From NCBI RefSeq assembly GCF_022539665.2, contig NC_081331.1:124001-188000 (forward strand): a stretch of 64,000 nucleotides of DNA, written 5' to 3'. Positions 41,001-53,654 of the stretch are shown here, piece after piece; positions within the stretch are counted from its first letter, which is position 1; each line of letters begins with the position of its first letter. Source of the DNA: Daphnia carinata (taxonomy: Eukaryota). The position numbers and the translations under genes are program-made. A model generated the notes under the pieces. The model did not search any database. It saw only the letters and a program-made list of their open reading frames with translations, and was not told the origin of the DNA.

Positions 41001-44000
41001 GCTCAGATTGAATTGCTGGAGAAGCAGGGTATCGATTTGAAATTGGAAATGGAACAAAGGCTAATGGCCCTTGAAGAAATCCATCGGAAAGAGAAAGAAG
41101 AAGCCGACCAGCTCTTTGCTGAACAGCGGAAAAACTACGAAGCCCAGATTGATGCTCTTCAACGCAAAGTGGAAGAACAAACGATGACCATGTCGTTGTA
41201 CAGCACTTGTACATCAGACGACGCCATCGACGACGCCATCTTTGTCAATCCCTTGTTTGAAGCCGAATGTTGCTGGTCAGAGCGCCAATATCAAATGGCA
41301 GCGTGGGGCTATCACAAATGGAAGTTTCACCAGTTCACTTCACTCAGGGATGATCTGTGGGGTAACGCCGTCTTCCTCAAAGGTATTTGCATTTGTCTTG
41401 TTGCATTCACTCGTAAGCGTTTGATCCATTTCTTTCTTGCAGAGGCTAATGCAATTTCGGTAGAATTGAGGAAGAGAGTAACGTTTCAGTTCATATTGTT
41501 AACTGATACGCCCTATTCGCCGTTGCCCAGAGAATTGCAAGATCAGCACCATCTAGCGGCTTCATCGCCTACTCTTCACAGGATCTGCGATCCTTGGTCT
41601 CAGGAATCTTGCCGACGCACTATTGTCGCTGTTGAAGTGCAAGATAATCAAAACGGAGCCGTTCATTATTGGAGTCTGACAAAGCTACGTCAGAGATTGG
41701 AACTTATGCGCGAAATGTGTCGCAATGAAGCGGAGAAATCGCCAAGCCAATCACCCGGATCAGCTCCAGCAATTCAAAATCAATCGGTGGACAACTCAAC
41801 CATCAGCGGAAATGATCCGTTCTACGATCGTTTTCCATGGTTCCGGCTAGTCGGACGAGCGTTTGTCTTGCTGGGCAGCTTGCTCTATCCTGTTCCGTTG
41901 GTTCACAACGTCCCCATCGTTAACGAGAAAGGTGACGTGAGGGGATATCTCCGGGTGGCCGTCCAGGCTGTGCTGGACGATGAAAATGGCGACTATTCAA
42001 GCGGAGTCAAACAGTCGGCTAGGATTTCTTTCGCTGAGAGAGAAAGGAGTCAAACACTTTCGCATTACTTGGATGACCAACAAACCAAAGAGGCTGAAGG
42101 CGAAGAGGAGGAATGCCATCGAGTCGTCGAAGGGCATGGTCGGGGTGAGGATTCCAGCGGAATAGAATCATCCAGTCAAGACGAGCAACAAGGTGAAAAC
42201 GACGTTGGAAAGGATGTCGAGTCGGTTTTGGCCGGACATTTGTCTGTCGGGCGGGATTTTACATTCCGGATTACGATTTTGCACGCGGTCAACATTCCCA
42301 TGGAGTACAGCGACATCTTTTGTCAATTTCATTTTGTACATCATCAAGACGAGGCCTTTTCTACCGAACCGATCCGCAACAATTCCGCTAACCGGGGCAA
42401 TGGCGCTCCCCTCAGTTTCTACCACGTCCAGAACATTACCGTCAAAGTGACAAAAACTTTTGTCGATTACCTTCGCAGTCAGCCGCTCGTCCTGGAGGTC
42501 TACGGTCATCTGCAACAGTCCCTTTCTCGCGATAGAGCCAGTTCAGTTGGTGTCCAATCCAGCAGCAATCGTCTGCCACCCAAACGGATGCTTCCGCCTC
42601 TTTTGCCCGTCAGTCAGCCCCTCCGTTCCACCAAATTCGGAATGCTTCCTCCGAGTCCTACTTCTCAGGTGGATGTTAAAACTGTCCGTTTTCATACAGA
42701 GAATTTAATTAAACTTGCCTTTTCGTCCAAGGTGGATGCCAAACACGACCTGTTGGTTTGGGTAGAAATCCTGGAATTAGCGTCAAGTGGTGAATACCTT
42801 CCGGTGATGGTAGAACGGAATCCGGATTTGCCTTGTCGCAGCGAATTTATCCTTCGCCAAGGTTTGCAACGTCGCATCCGCATCACCCTCGTTCACGAGG
42901 TCACGGAAGAATTGAACTGGAACGACGTTCGCGAACTGGTTGTGGGACGAATTCGCACGGGAGCTGAGTGCGATAACGGCGATGAAATTTACGAGAATGA
43001 TATGTCGGTTGTCTCTTTGGGGCTCTTCCCTGGCGAAGTTCTCGAATTTCCAGGTGACACGCGCCATTTCTATCGGTTTGAAGCCGCTTGGGACTCGTCG
43101 TTGCACAACTCCGTGCTGCTCAACCGAGTCACGCCCTCCGGCGAGCACATTTACTTGACCATGTCGGCCTATGTCCAGTTGGATAATTGCGAACAGCTGT
43201 CCGTCATCACCAAAGATCTTTGCGTCACCATTTTAGGTCGTGATGCCCGCACAGGGACCCGTACCATAAAGGTAAATCACGTGTTCGTTTGATGAAATTT
43301 ATCGTTTCAAATAATGTGTCCATTGAAGCAATTCTTCCGGGGAAATCGACACTCTGAGTCGACTCGGATGTCGGGCATCTACGAAGTCCTGATGAGACGC
43401 GTATCGGGTCACGGCAACGGCAATGGAGCAGGCAGTCCCGGTATCCAGAGAAGGCAAAGACGCGTCATGGATACGAGCGCATGTTACGTACGCGGTGAAG
43501 AAAATTTGGATGGATGGCGTCCTCGTGGTGATTCGCTCATCTTCGATCATCAATGGGAACTGGAAAAGTTGTCGCGTTTGGAGGCAGTCGGTCGGACCCG
43601 TTATTGGCTTCTTCTGCGTGAACGACTTGGACTAGATGGAAAGACAAATGCTGCAGTTTCCAGCAAATTATTGCGAACTGTTGGCCAAGATATTACCAAA
43701 TCTGAAAAAGAAATGTGTAATATGATGGCCAAAGCTCACACAAATGAGATCATTAAATCACCGTCTGCTCCTCCATCGCCTCCCTCCGTTCCTGTTGCTG
43801 GGTAAGTCTGTCGTAGTTCCAATGTGATTTAGTCCATTCATTTTTTGTAAACTTCAGGAACAGACCGGATGGCATTGATCCTTATCAATCGTGGCAGATG
43901 ACGGATCGCGAGAGAGAGATATCTACCAAATACATCAATTTAATCCAAGGGAAACGCATTCGGAAGGACCCTTCCTTACTCTCTCTTACTCCGCTAGATG

Positions 44001-44720
44001 GCAGTAATAACACAATGGCCAATACCAGCAACCCGCTATCGCCTGAAACGCCATCTGGTAACGGTCCCGCACTCTACATCCCTTCGCCAGGCCAAGAGAG
44101 TCGGGCCTTTATTCCCAACGCCTCTTACACCGTCGATCCGCAAGCTTCATCCGCCAGCACCAACAGCTGTTTCGTCGCCGATATCGAGGAGGTGCGCGTC
44201 AGTCCGGTTGTCTCTAGACGCGGTCTTCTGAGTGTCCTCGAAAAGGGAGCCTTGGGCTGGGTTCGCCGTTGGGTAGTTGTCCGACGACCCTACGTCCTTC
44301 TCTACAAAGACGAGAAGGACTGTATCGAGCGTGGCCTAATTAACTTGAGCACCGCGATTGTTGAATACTCGGAGGACCAGGAAGATGTCGGAATGGTCAA
44401 CGTCTTTAGGTATAATTCCGCATTGTGTTTTACCTCACTTAATACTCATTTCTGTCCATTACAGCGTCATTACGAAGCATCGCCAGTATTTGATGCAAAC
44501 ACCATCCGATAAGGAATTGTACGATTGGTTGTACGCCATGAATCCGCTGTTGGCTGGCCAAATCAGGTGACTTTTGCCACCACCATGACATTTGCCACTA
44601 AGCTAATTCTTCTCCCTTTTTTGTGATATTGATTACAGATCACGATTGGCACGCTGCCAACCAGGAGTGGTTCCTCCGAATAAATTAGTAGCGTCCACTT
44701 TACCATTAGCAGCTAATTAA
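38087..44720 (+). CDS. unc-104: Kinesin-3 motor unc-104/KIF1A
   Basis: [47 protein letters not shown] domain (NLNEDP...HVFRFNHP), FYDRFPWF, C-terminal PH domain ending [15 protein letters not shown]. Confidence 0.96.
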
Positions 44721-45690
44721 TAGGTTCAGCCTGAAATTCCTTAGACAATGGCTTCTTGAATGAGACGTAATAAGGCTTCCTATACTGCAACAAGAGAAAT
44801 GATTAGGTTCAAGAGAGAAATGAAAATAACGGGATTTGCTACCGTATGTATGTGTGTATGGGTTGGTTGTCGATCTGTGTTTCTTTTCCATCAATGATCT
44901 CGCTGGCGTTCGCCTTTTGGTCCTGTTTCAAATAAGTGTGAATTGCTTGATTTCAAAGCCCTCCTTCACTTTCTCGTTATTAACTTATTATTATGTACAG
45001 CTACAGCAACCAGCAAGCAGCTTTCCTTGTCTTTTTTTTTTCGCCATCACTAATATTGAATCAATGTTTCCACGGCTATTTTGCTTTTCTTGCTTTGTTT
45101 ACATTTTCTTCTTGGTTCTCCTCGGATAGGATCCATTATTCTAAAAAAATAATACTAATAATACTGCAATTATTGTAACGTGCACTTTTTGTGCTCGAGG
45201 CTTTCATCTCATCGTTCACCGCGTCCGTGCTGCTGTGGTGGTTTGCCTATTCTAAATTAATAAGAGACCAAAATAAATAGTCACGTGGTGTCCAAGCGAC
45301 TCCTCTTCATTTCTTAGTCCGTGGAACAATTGGAAGGACATTATTAATTAACTATGACATTGATCCATCAATAGCAAACATATGGAATGCGAAAACTTGG
45401 GTGGAGATATACAGCCTAGAAAAATCATTCACGCTGATACGGTTAGATTAAATAGTTAATATCAAAGGAATAACCATTTACAAGTCGTTTGGTACCTTTA
45501 CGAATTTTTCCTGATTAATTTGGCAATGGAGATCCTAGAGAGTAACAGTGTTTATTAGACTATATCTGTTTGCTTGGGGAAAATGGGATGCGGGACTACA
45601 AAATGGAGTCCCGGTTATAAAATTTAGTTAAACATTAGTAGAAAAATGACAAAGAAATTTTAAACAGATGGCAAAAGCGAAACCGGGGCT

Positions 45691-47440
45691 TTAGCTCCAT
45701 TCAATCGATACTTGCCATTTCTTCTTACTAGCTTTCTTGTTCCAATCGCAAACATTTTGACGCGATAAAGACTGACATTCCCACAGTTTGATCACTCGGA
45801 GAGGATTGCTGTCATTCATGAGTGCATCAATTCCTAATTTTGTTATCGAATTGCATTGCTCTAATTCCAAATGCTCCAAATTTTGGAAATGATGAAGATT
45901 CGCTGCCTTTTTGAGAACCTCGTCAGTGAGCGTAACACAGTCTTTTACATAAAGGTGCACAAGTTGTGGTGATGATAAAAGAGAAGGAAGGCTTTCCGAC
46001 GGAATAACAGACGTTGCCCAAAGATGAGAAACGCACACAAGATGCAATGACTCGAGTTTCATCAATATTGGCTCTGCCTTGATCGGTTTCGGGCTGAATG
46101 GTTTCCGCTCTTCTTCTGGCCAGGCAATCGAATACGAATGATTCATCACCAGGAACAGAAAGCGAAGGTTAGGACAATACTCGGTGATGGCTCGAATGTT
46201 GACACACGGAAGTTCCGCCAAAGTCAGGGAAGTTAGAGATTTTCCGAATGCTTCTAGAATGGGGGCCACACCACCGTCAAACGTTATTTCACATTCTTCA
46301 CCTCCTCCAAGGCTGAATTCCTGCAGTTTTTCCAGAGAGAGGAGTCCAAGTAAATCAACGTCGGTCAATCCTTCTTGCGTCACAATCCGCACTTTCATGA
46401 CAGAAGAGCAGAGTAACGAAGCTAGTCCCAGGCTACCACTCTTATATGGCGTACAAATAGATTCGTTTGTGCAGTGTAGGTCGATCAGTGCATATTTTTG
46501 AATGTTTGGAATGTTGTCTTCATTCGGTGCTAGATGCATTTCTGCCAAAGCTTGGACAGAAGAACAACATTCAAAGACCTTTAAAATAGGTAAGTTTTCT
46601 AGGGCAATTATGATGCCCTTTTGCGTAACTTTGGTGTAGCTGATCATCAGTTTGTGAATTAATTTACATTGTCCTAGTCTTTTATCTTCCTTTCCAAGAT
46701 CGTCAATGCTGAGACACAGTCCTTTAATACCAGCATCTGTCACTGGACAACTGGTCACATCCAATTCTCTAAACAAACCAGAATGGTTATTTTCTCACAT
46801 TATTAATAGTAATTGAAGCAACATTTTACCTTAAGTCTTTGCAGTAAGCCCCAAGGACATACAAGCAACTGTCACCTGAACTTGTGTTTGAAATGTCTAA
46901 TACTTGCAAATTTTCGAATGTAGGGAGGAAATTCTGATAAACTTGTTTGGAGATTTTCTGACAGCCACTTAACTTTAAAGTCTTCAGTTGCTGCAAGAGA
47001 AAATCATTGTTCATTAAATCCACAGCTTAACTCAGAATCAAACACAGTACTTACTGGGCATCTAATAGATGCAAGACGGAGATGACAAGCGATTTCATCT
47101 CCCTCCTTAGAAAGATTCAAGGCATTGAGTTGTTGGGTAATTAAAAGCTCCAAGTGATGCTTCTTTAATCGCTTCTCATCTCTTAACATGTCAATTATCC
47201 GAACCAGTAGTCTAGAAGCTGGCAAAACAATAGAGAATTTTTAGGCTTACAGGGTAAATTTGGTCTGACCATGCTTGGTGACTTACGCAATGAATCAAAC
47301 GGACCGATGACATAGAGGTAAAATTTCTTTTCTTTGCCGTAGGTTTCAACGTAATGCTTGCACCATTCATCTATGTTGCGCGTCACATTCTGTAAACAAC
47401 TTTCCAATAAAGTTTTGAGATTTGTTTTTGCTCGCGGCAT
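45691..47440 (-). CDS. Leucine-rich repeat protein with N-terminal BC-box-like motif
   Basis: Exons 47440-47287, 47218-47055, 46990-46830 and 46768-45691. LxxLxL repeats (LKTLKLSGC, LQVLDISNT, LRELDVTSC, LEHLELEQC). N-terminal TLLESC and LPSRLL. Confidence 0.85.
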
Positions 47441-48224
47441 AGCAAGCTGTTCGTGTTAGGCAAATGTCTTCAAACAGGTAGGTAGGTATATATTTAACGT
47501 ACGACTAGAGCGGCTGTAAATGTCTTCAGACAATTTCAACTAATGAAATCGCCGGTTAGCAGACGTATGACAAAGAAAACAACAATGGTTCGGCAACAAA
47601 GATACCTAAAGTCTGAGACGTAACAGTTACATTCGTAAACAAATATGATGTAAACACAGCTACCCTCACGGCAGTCGTGGAGCTGTTCTTCGTTGTAGCT
47701 GCGGTCATCTATTGTGACGCAACACGAACAGTGCCAGTCCACATTATGACCTGTTGTGACTTGAATCAACCACGCAATCGACCGTTATTGATCTCAACCA
47801 GCGAGTTATTTCTTTTTTTTTAAATTAAAGTAATTGTTGCAACCTATACTTTGTATAAACATGTACTAGAATTGTTTGTTCTCATTTAATTAAATTTCAT
47901 ACTTAAAAAAAAATCGATATAAAACCTTCGTTTTTCGTTAAAAATTTAATGCTATCGAGTTCACGTACCGTGCCCGCCATTGTCATGGTAAACATTTATC
48001 GTGCTATATAAACCATGTCGGTGGGGTAGCATAAATTTATATATAGGACCCATGGGCATTATGCTTGCTTGTATACAAATAGCTGAATTATCAGCATCTA
48101 AAGGGACCCCAATCTACATTGTTGACCTGGGAATATATTCCTGAACTTCCAAGCCATTTCACCCGAAACGAAATAAATCCACACGCCTCTACACGTCAAG
48201 CTTTCAAGCGTTGCCGTGTTGCAT

Positions 48225-48289
48225 AACGTGATGAATGGTTCTCAACTTTAACAAACGTGATGAATGGTTCTCAACTTTAACAAACGTGA
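48225..48289. repeat. Perfect 29-bp tandem duplication
   Basis: AACGTGATGAATGGTTCTCAACTTTAACA x2 plus AACGTGA. Confidence 0.95.
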
Positions 48290-49507
48290 AATCATTCAAC
48301 GCCAATTCTGAACTTTTTATTTTTTAAGTTTAATTAAGAGCAACGGTGGGTGGTTGATGTGCTTCCGTTTCATGAACAGTTAGAAACTAGTGTTTTATCT
48401 ATTTCACTTCCAATGCGAATTTTTGTTCTAGAACAATACTAGTCTTCATAAATACGATGAACACGCCATAGCATCCTTCACCTCTTAGCAAGAGTTTATA
48501 GATCTCTCGAAGAATAAAGTGAACACCGAGTATTGACTCGTCAGAGTATTGATCCAGCTTTATGCTATATATGATCGAAGCCGTGCTGATGGTGTGGCGC
48601 CCTGCGTGAAGTGTATGTCTTCCGGCATCAAATTGGTTATTCCATTAGGTCCAAGAGTTTCACGAAAGCAGAATCGAATCATCTTTCCCGAGGGGCCTGA
48701 CGATATCAATACAAGTTTATCGCTCGTGCTGGCTATATTACTGTTCGCATAGTAGCTCTAAATCTTGGATGAGGTCGTTGTGTCCAAATACGTGAATGCA
48801 TCCTCGAAAAAGTAGGATAAGCCCAGATTTGACGATACCGACAGAATTCGATACCGCTACGGATCTTTGTCCTCGAATCGTTTTAGTTTGGCAAAAGCAA
48901 ATCATGCCAACCCAAAGTTTTTCTAGATCGGAATCAATTGCGTATAAAATAAGTTGAGCTTATGTCATCGGCTGTCTAGACTAGCAACGAAAAACTTCGT
49001 TATAACAATACTTTGCACATATGTTTACGTAAAAACAAAACAATTATGGGTCATACTGTATGGTGTGTATCGTACATTATCCAATGGTATACGTTGAGTA
49101 TGTAGCAATTACAGTATATCATCCACCGAAACAAGTTTAATATGAAATCGGAAAATAACGGGGGGAAAACGAGGTAGAACCATCAAGACCAGAAGATAAG
49201 ATAAAAGACTAGTAATGAAATTATGTGGACAAGCGAGAAGCGTCAACAATCGTACCAATACCAAATGCTTAAATTGTATACTAGATTACGTGTAAGGTAT
49301 TTCCACTCTTATTCGCGTCGCTTATGTACATCGGAAAGTGTGTCGAACGAATGAGAAACAACATAAAAAGGAGGGTGAACGCAATCAAGTATATATAAAT
49401 TAAGATGCTGGCTAGTATTGTTTTCCAAATAAATGGACCAGTGAACGTGCAATCCATTAACTGCGTCTTGTCTAGTAAAACGCTGAGAGCATTAGAATGA
49501 TGACATT

Positions 49508-52500
49508 TCATTTCAAAGTCTTGCTGCTAGCGGTTAACGTTGAAACAGGAGGGATTTCGGTTGGCAAAGGGTCGGTCGTTTCAGTTGCGTGATGTGGCTG
49601 TTGTTGTGCCAACTGCTGAGAATGAACGCCACTGGGACCGTCGACGCTACAGACGGATTCTTCGACGCCGGTTTCCTCCACATTGTCCGGTTTCCTTACG
49701 GTCCTACTACTTTTGCTCTGTCAAACGGGAATTGAGACGAAGAAAGTAAAAGATGAATCAAGAATGTAATGTAGATATTCTATACTACGATCAATATTGC
49801 CAGTCTGCATCTGAGTTTTTCTTTGAAACAAAGCATGTTAAGTTTGCTTCAAAAAGAATTCAATGTGACGCTCGGGAATTGAAGGTAAAATATCATTTTA
49901 CACGTCGTCCCATCTACGTCAAACAAAGGACCATGCAGTACATTTTGACAGATTAACTTGACAGTTTCTAGATGGATTTCGACGTCTAGACGTGGATTGT
50001 TACACGAGAAAATTTTAAAAATACAAAAGAATGCAAGTTTAAGCTGCTTAAAAGCTGCCTGAGCCCCTGTACCCATTAGAAATACAAAATTTAAATCACA
50101 TTAGTTGAGTGTACCTTTTCTCGTTGAACTCGACTTCTCTGTAAACGTTGACACGATCCAGGATGCAACACGTACAAAGAAAGAAACAAAAAATGTTTTA
50201 AAAAATTAGGTCCATTGGGTAAAGCTGTGTTTTGTTTCTCATAAAATTTAACCACGATATTTAAGTAGCTCGTAAGGGAAAATGAAATACAAAACCTGTA
50301 GAGAAAACCGGCGGTGAGGAGGTTTACGGCCACCCCGTCTTTTGCTGATGTGCGGATTGTCTTTGCGCAACGTCTTCATTTTAAGAACGTGCAATTGAGT
50401 GTAGACCCTTTTGAGCTCTTCCTGTTAAGTCAATCAATATATATTTTAAATAAAAAGGAATCATAGCTTCGTTCTAAGAGCCTTTTATTAAAGGGTATAA
50501 AATGATTTTACTCGAATGACTTCAGGATCCATTTGTGACAGGTCAACGTTGCCAAGATCGACTTCACCATTGGCCGAGATCATGGCCGGCGCATCAGTTC
50601 CGGCTCCATCACCCTCGGCTGGATTGTTTTTAAACATGTTTGAATCGCCGCAAGGAGCAGATTGACCGCGTTCGAGCAAATCACCTGCCACACCAATCCC
50701 ACATTCGATTTGACTAGTTTGATGTTGCATCCTTTGGAGATCCTTGTTGGACGATTGGCGACAGATGAAGAAGATCTATGCCAATTCAATGAAACAAGAA
50801 TCGCTTAAAATGTGTCAGTTATAGCTGTTTCCCTTTTTTTATTTTACTTTCGGTCCGAAAATGATGACGAGAACAAGCGTAGTGGCTAACTGACTGCGCG
50901 CAAACTCCAATAAGAAGAGATGATCCGGATACTCTGTGATCCAGGCGATGCGACTGAGGACGGTGAATGCGACCGAGGCGCAAAACTCGACGAAGATGGC
51001 CAGGAAGAGACTAGCAATTGAAAATAGAAATTTAATGTTTATAAACTCTGTAAGCAGAATGCACAGTTTCCTTTTTAATCGGCTATTAATGTACGTTACC
51101 AGAGTTTTTCGCCATGATGGCTGGCGGCGTTCCGCGCGTTCGAACTTATGTACAAGCCACACAGCAAAAAAAGGAATTCGCCTGCATTAAGAACGTGAAG
51201 TATGTACAGAAAGTTAAGTTTTTATTTTTTTAAATTTTTACGTGTTATTCTAAGTGGAAAACATTCGGCATATGGCGTGCGCAAAACATCAAAAATTAAA
51301 ACCGAAAAACATTAACTGCTCATGACGTTTACCTGCCATGTTGACGTAATGCCACCACAGCTGGCGGCAGACGGTGAAGTAAGATCCCGAATTGACTTGA
51401 AATCGAACGTAGAGCAAACTATTTCCGCCGGAATGGCCGCCGTCTGGCGTAGCGTTCACGTCGCAATTCGGAATAACGTCAGTCTTGTTCGTCGCGTTGT
51501 TCGGCTGATTGGCTTCGGCCGAAACGGTAACTGTGGTACGGGTATCATTATCTGCATCGAAATCAGGAGCAAACATCTCGGTCGTCGTGAGGATGGAACG
51601 CTGAAGAGGGTCAACGTCGTCGTCATCGTGACCAGTCGCAGCCATATTCGAGTGTGATGGATCGATGAATCCGCCGAGCACCGTGCCACGTCTCAGTACG
51701 CGAGCCTTTTGTAGGAGAAACGATGCATTGCTGTTGCGGATGCTGTCCACACGGACTCTCACGCCGACTCGGCCGCTGCTCGTCTCCCCGGTCCCTTTGA
51801 TACTCTTGGGGAAAAGCAGATGGGTGGAACGCGAATGGTTCGACGCCGATGGGAAAGCAACGCCATCCATCATTGCCGATTGGTCTGCAGCCGTATGATC
51901 CCATACTTTCCAAATGGAGTGTTCGTTGTGCTCGCTGTGCTCCAGTGTGGAAATGGTACCAGAAGCCAGGTAGACGCTGACGCAGGTGATCATCACCGCC
52001 CAGTACTTGAGCAAGTCCTTTTCACGCACCACCCAACGGTGAGCTTTCCGCGTCCGGAATTCCACCAACAGTCTAATTCCATTAAACGTTAAAAAAAAAA
52101 ATATATACTGTAAATGTACGGCTGCGTTTTGAATTGTTACCGGTAGATTTTCAAGATGATGGTGCCATAGCAACAGGTGAATCCGAGTTCTCGTAGCCAA
52201 GGCTCGAGCAGGCAAAGATCGGCCGAAGATTCGAAATAGCGCACCACCACCTGATTTTCAATTGTAAAAGAGTTTTTTTTATTTTTAGAAAAAGAGGAGA
52301 AGATGGACGTAAGATCTGCATACGATGGAATAGAGAAGCAGCGCGCCGATGAGCATTAATTCCAGGAGAATCCAAGCTGATCCAGCAATAGCCTGTTCCA
52401 TTCAAAACAAACACGATTGTGACGGACGTCAACCAAATGTTAAGTCGATGTCTATCCCTATCGTTCTAAAACTAGGTTTAGAGTCAGAAATACACGGATA

Positions 52501-53185
52501 GCATCTGAATTCGGGATCTCATCATGTCTAGAATGCGATCAACTGGCACGAGAAAGTGAGCCAAGGGCCATCGAGACAATGACGAGCGTGCGTCACCAGA
52601 CATTTCCAATGACGGCCACGACAACACCCGAAACTTGCTGCAATTCACGAGCTTTTTTCTTTTTCATTATTACTTCCCTCTGAGATGGATTCGGTGGTCT
52701 ACACAAAGCACAGCCCCTCTCTTTTATATCCGGGTTAAATATATAGAATAAATATCCTCAGATGGATGTCGGTTGCCGACAATTGTCGGGCCATGCGATG
52801 GGGATCAACAATTGGAACGGAATAATCGTCTTGTGTGCGGTCAATCGTCTACGAGTTTATCGCGTTGCCAAGGCTACTACATCACGCAGGAGAAGGTAAT
52901 GCGTCGGTGATGATCCGCAAGTAATACGCAATCGTCTAGAGCATATTGACCTGTCTACTTCTTGTCTAGTGCGTGCGTGTCATTTACCTTGTATTTGCGA
53001 TAGCGAAAAACGACGAAAATCAGGAGAAGGGCGATGAGCATGCAGCCGGCCTGCACCGAGATGGCAATCGTCCGTAACAGATGGTCGTAAAGTTGTTGTT
53101 GTTGGTGATCTGGTTGATGGTTGTTGTTTGACATTGGCGAACAACCGTCGTTCGCCGCTCCGCCGCTGCTGTTGCACGAGATCAT
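49508..53185 (-). CDS. Class C GPCR of the GPR158/GPR179 family (5' end uncertain)
   Basis: Exons ~53185-52988, 52392-52324, 52250-52141, 52072-51333, 51181-51100, 51010-50848, 50775-50512, 50421-50296, 50138-50115 and 49717-49508. PWLRELGFTCCYGTIILKIYR, IFGPK and the family motif DPEVIREELKRVYTQL...DNPHISKRR. Confidence 0.88.
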
Positions 53186-53615
53186 TATGCTGTCAGGGAC
53201 GCAGTCAATCAAATCATAACAACATCTTCAAAAGAAATCAAAACATGCAACGTTTGGCTGCTGTTGTACTTGTTTGTTTGATGTGTCGCACGTTCGAGAG
53301 ATGGTGGCAGAACAGAAACTGGTTGCATTTGGATTGAATAATTGAAGATCGTCGGCGAATCCATCTTCGCGTGGCAATCACGTCATGCGATTCACGACCC
53401 TGTAACCAACAAATAAACTGTATACCTTCGTCGCGTGTTAGCGTCATTTTATTTGAGTTGAATGCAATGCCTGAAAGACTTTCAGTTCGCATTATTGTAG
53501 ATAAAACAGTGTCTCTCTCTCCAATGCTTATTTCTACTTCGGTTAAAGTGTCTGCCTAGATCCTAGATTTGGCGCGTCAATGCGGTAAAGTGGATCTCCG
53601 GTTTTTTATCTGAGA

Positions 53616-53654
53616 ATTTCATTGGCATTTCATTGGCATTTCATAGGCATTGGC
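53616..53654. repeat. 11-bp tandem repeat x3
   Basis: ATTTCATTGGC ATTTCATTGGC ATTTCATAGGC ATTGGC. Confidence 0.85.

Noticed and set aside
48225..48289. 29-bp repeats as a CRISPR array
   Set aside because: Directly adjacent with no spacers; eukaryotic context; no cas genes.
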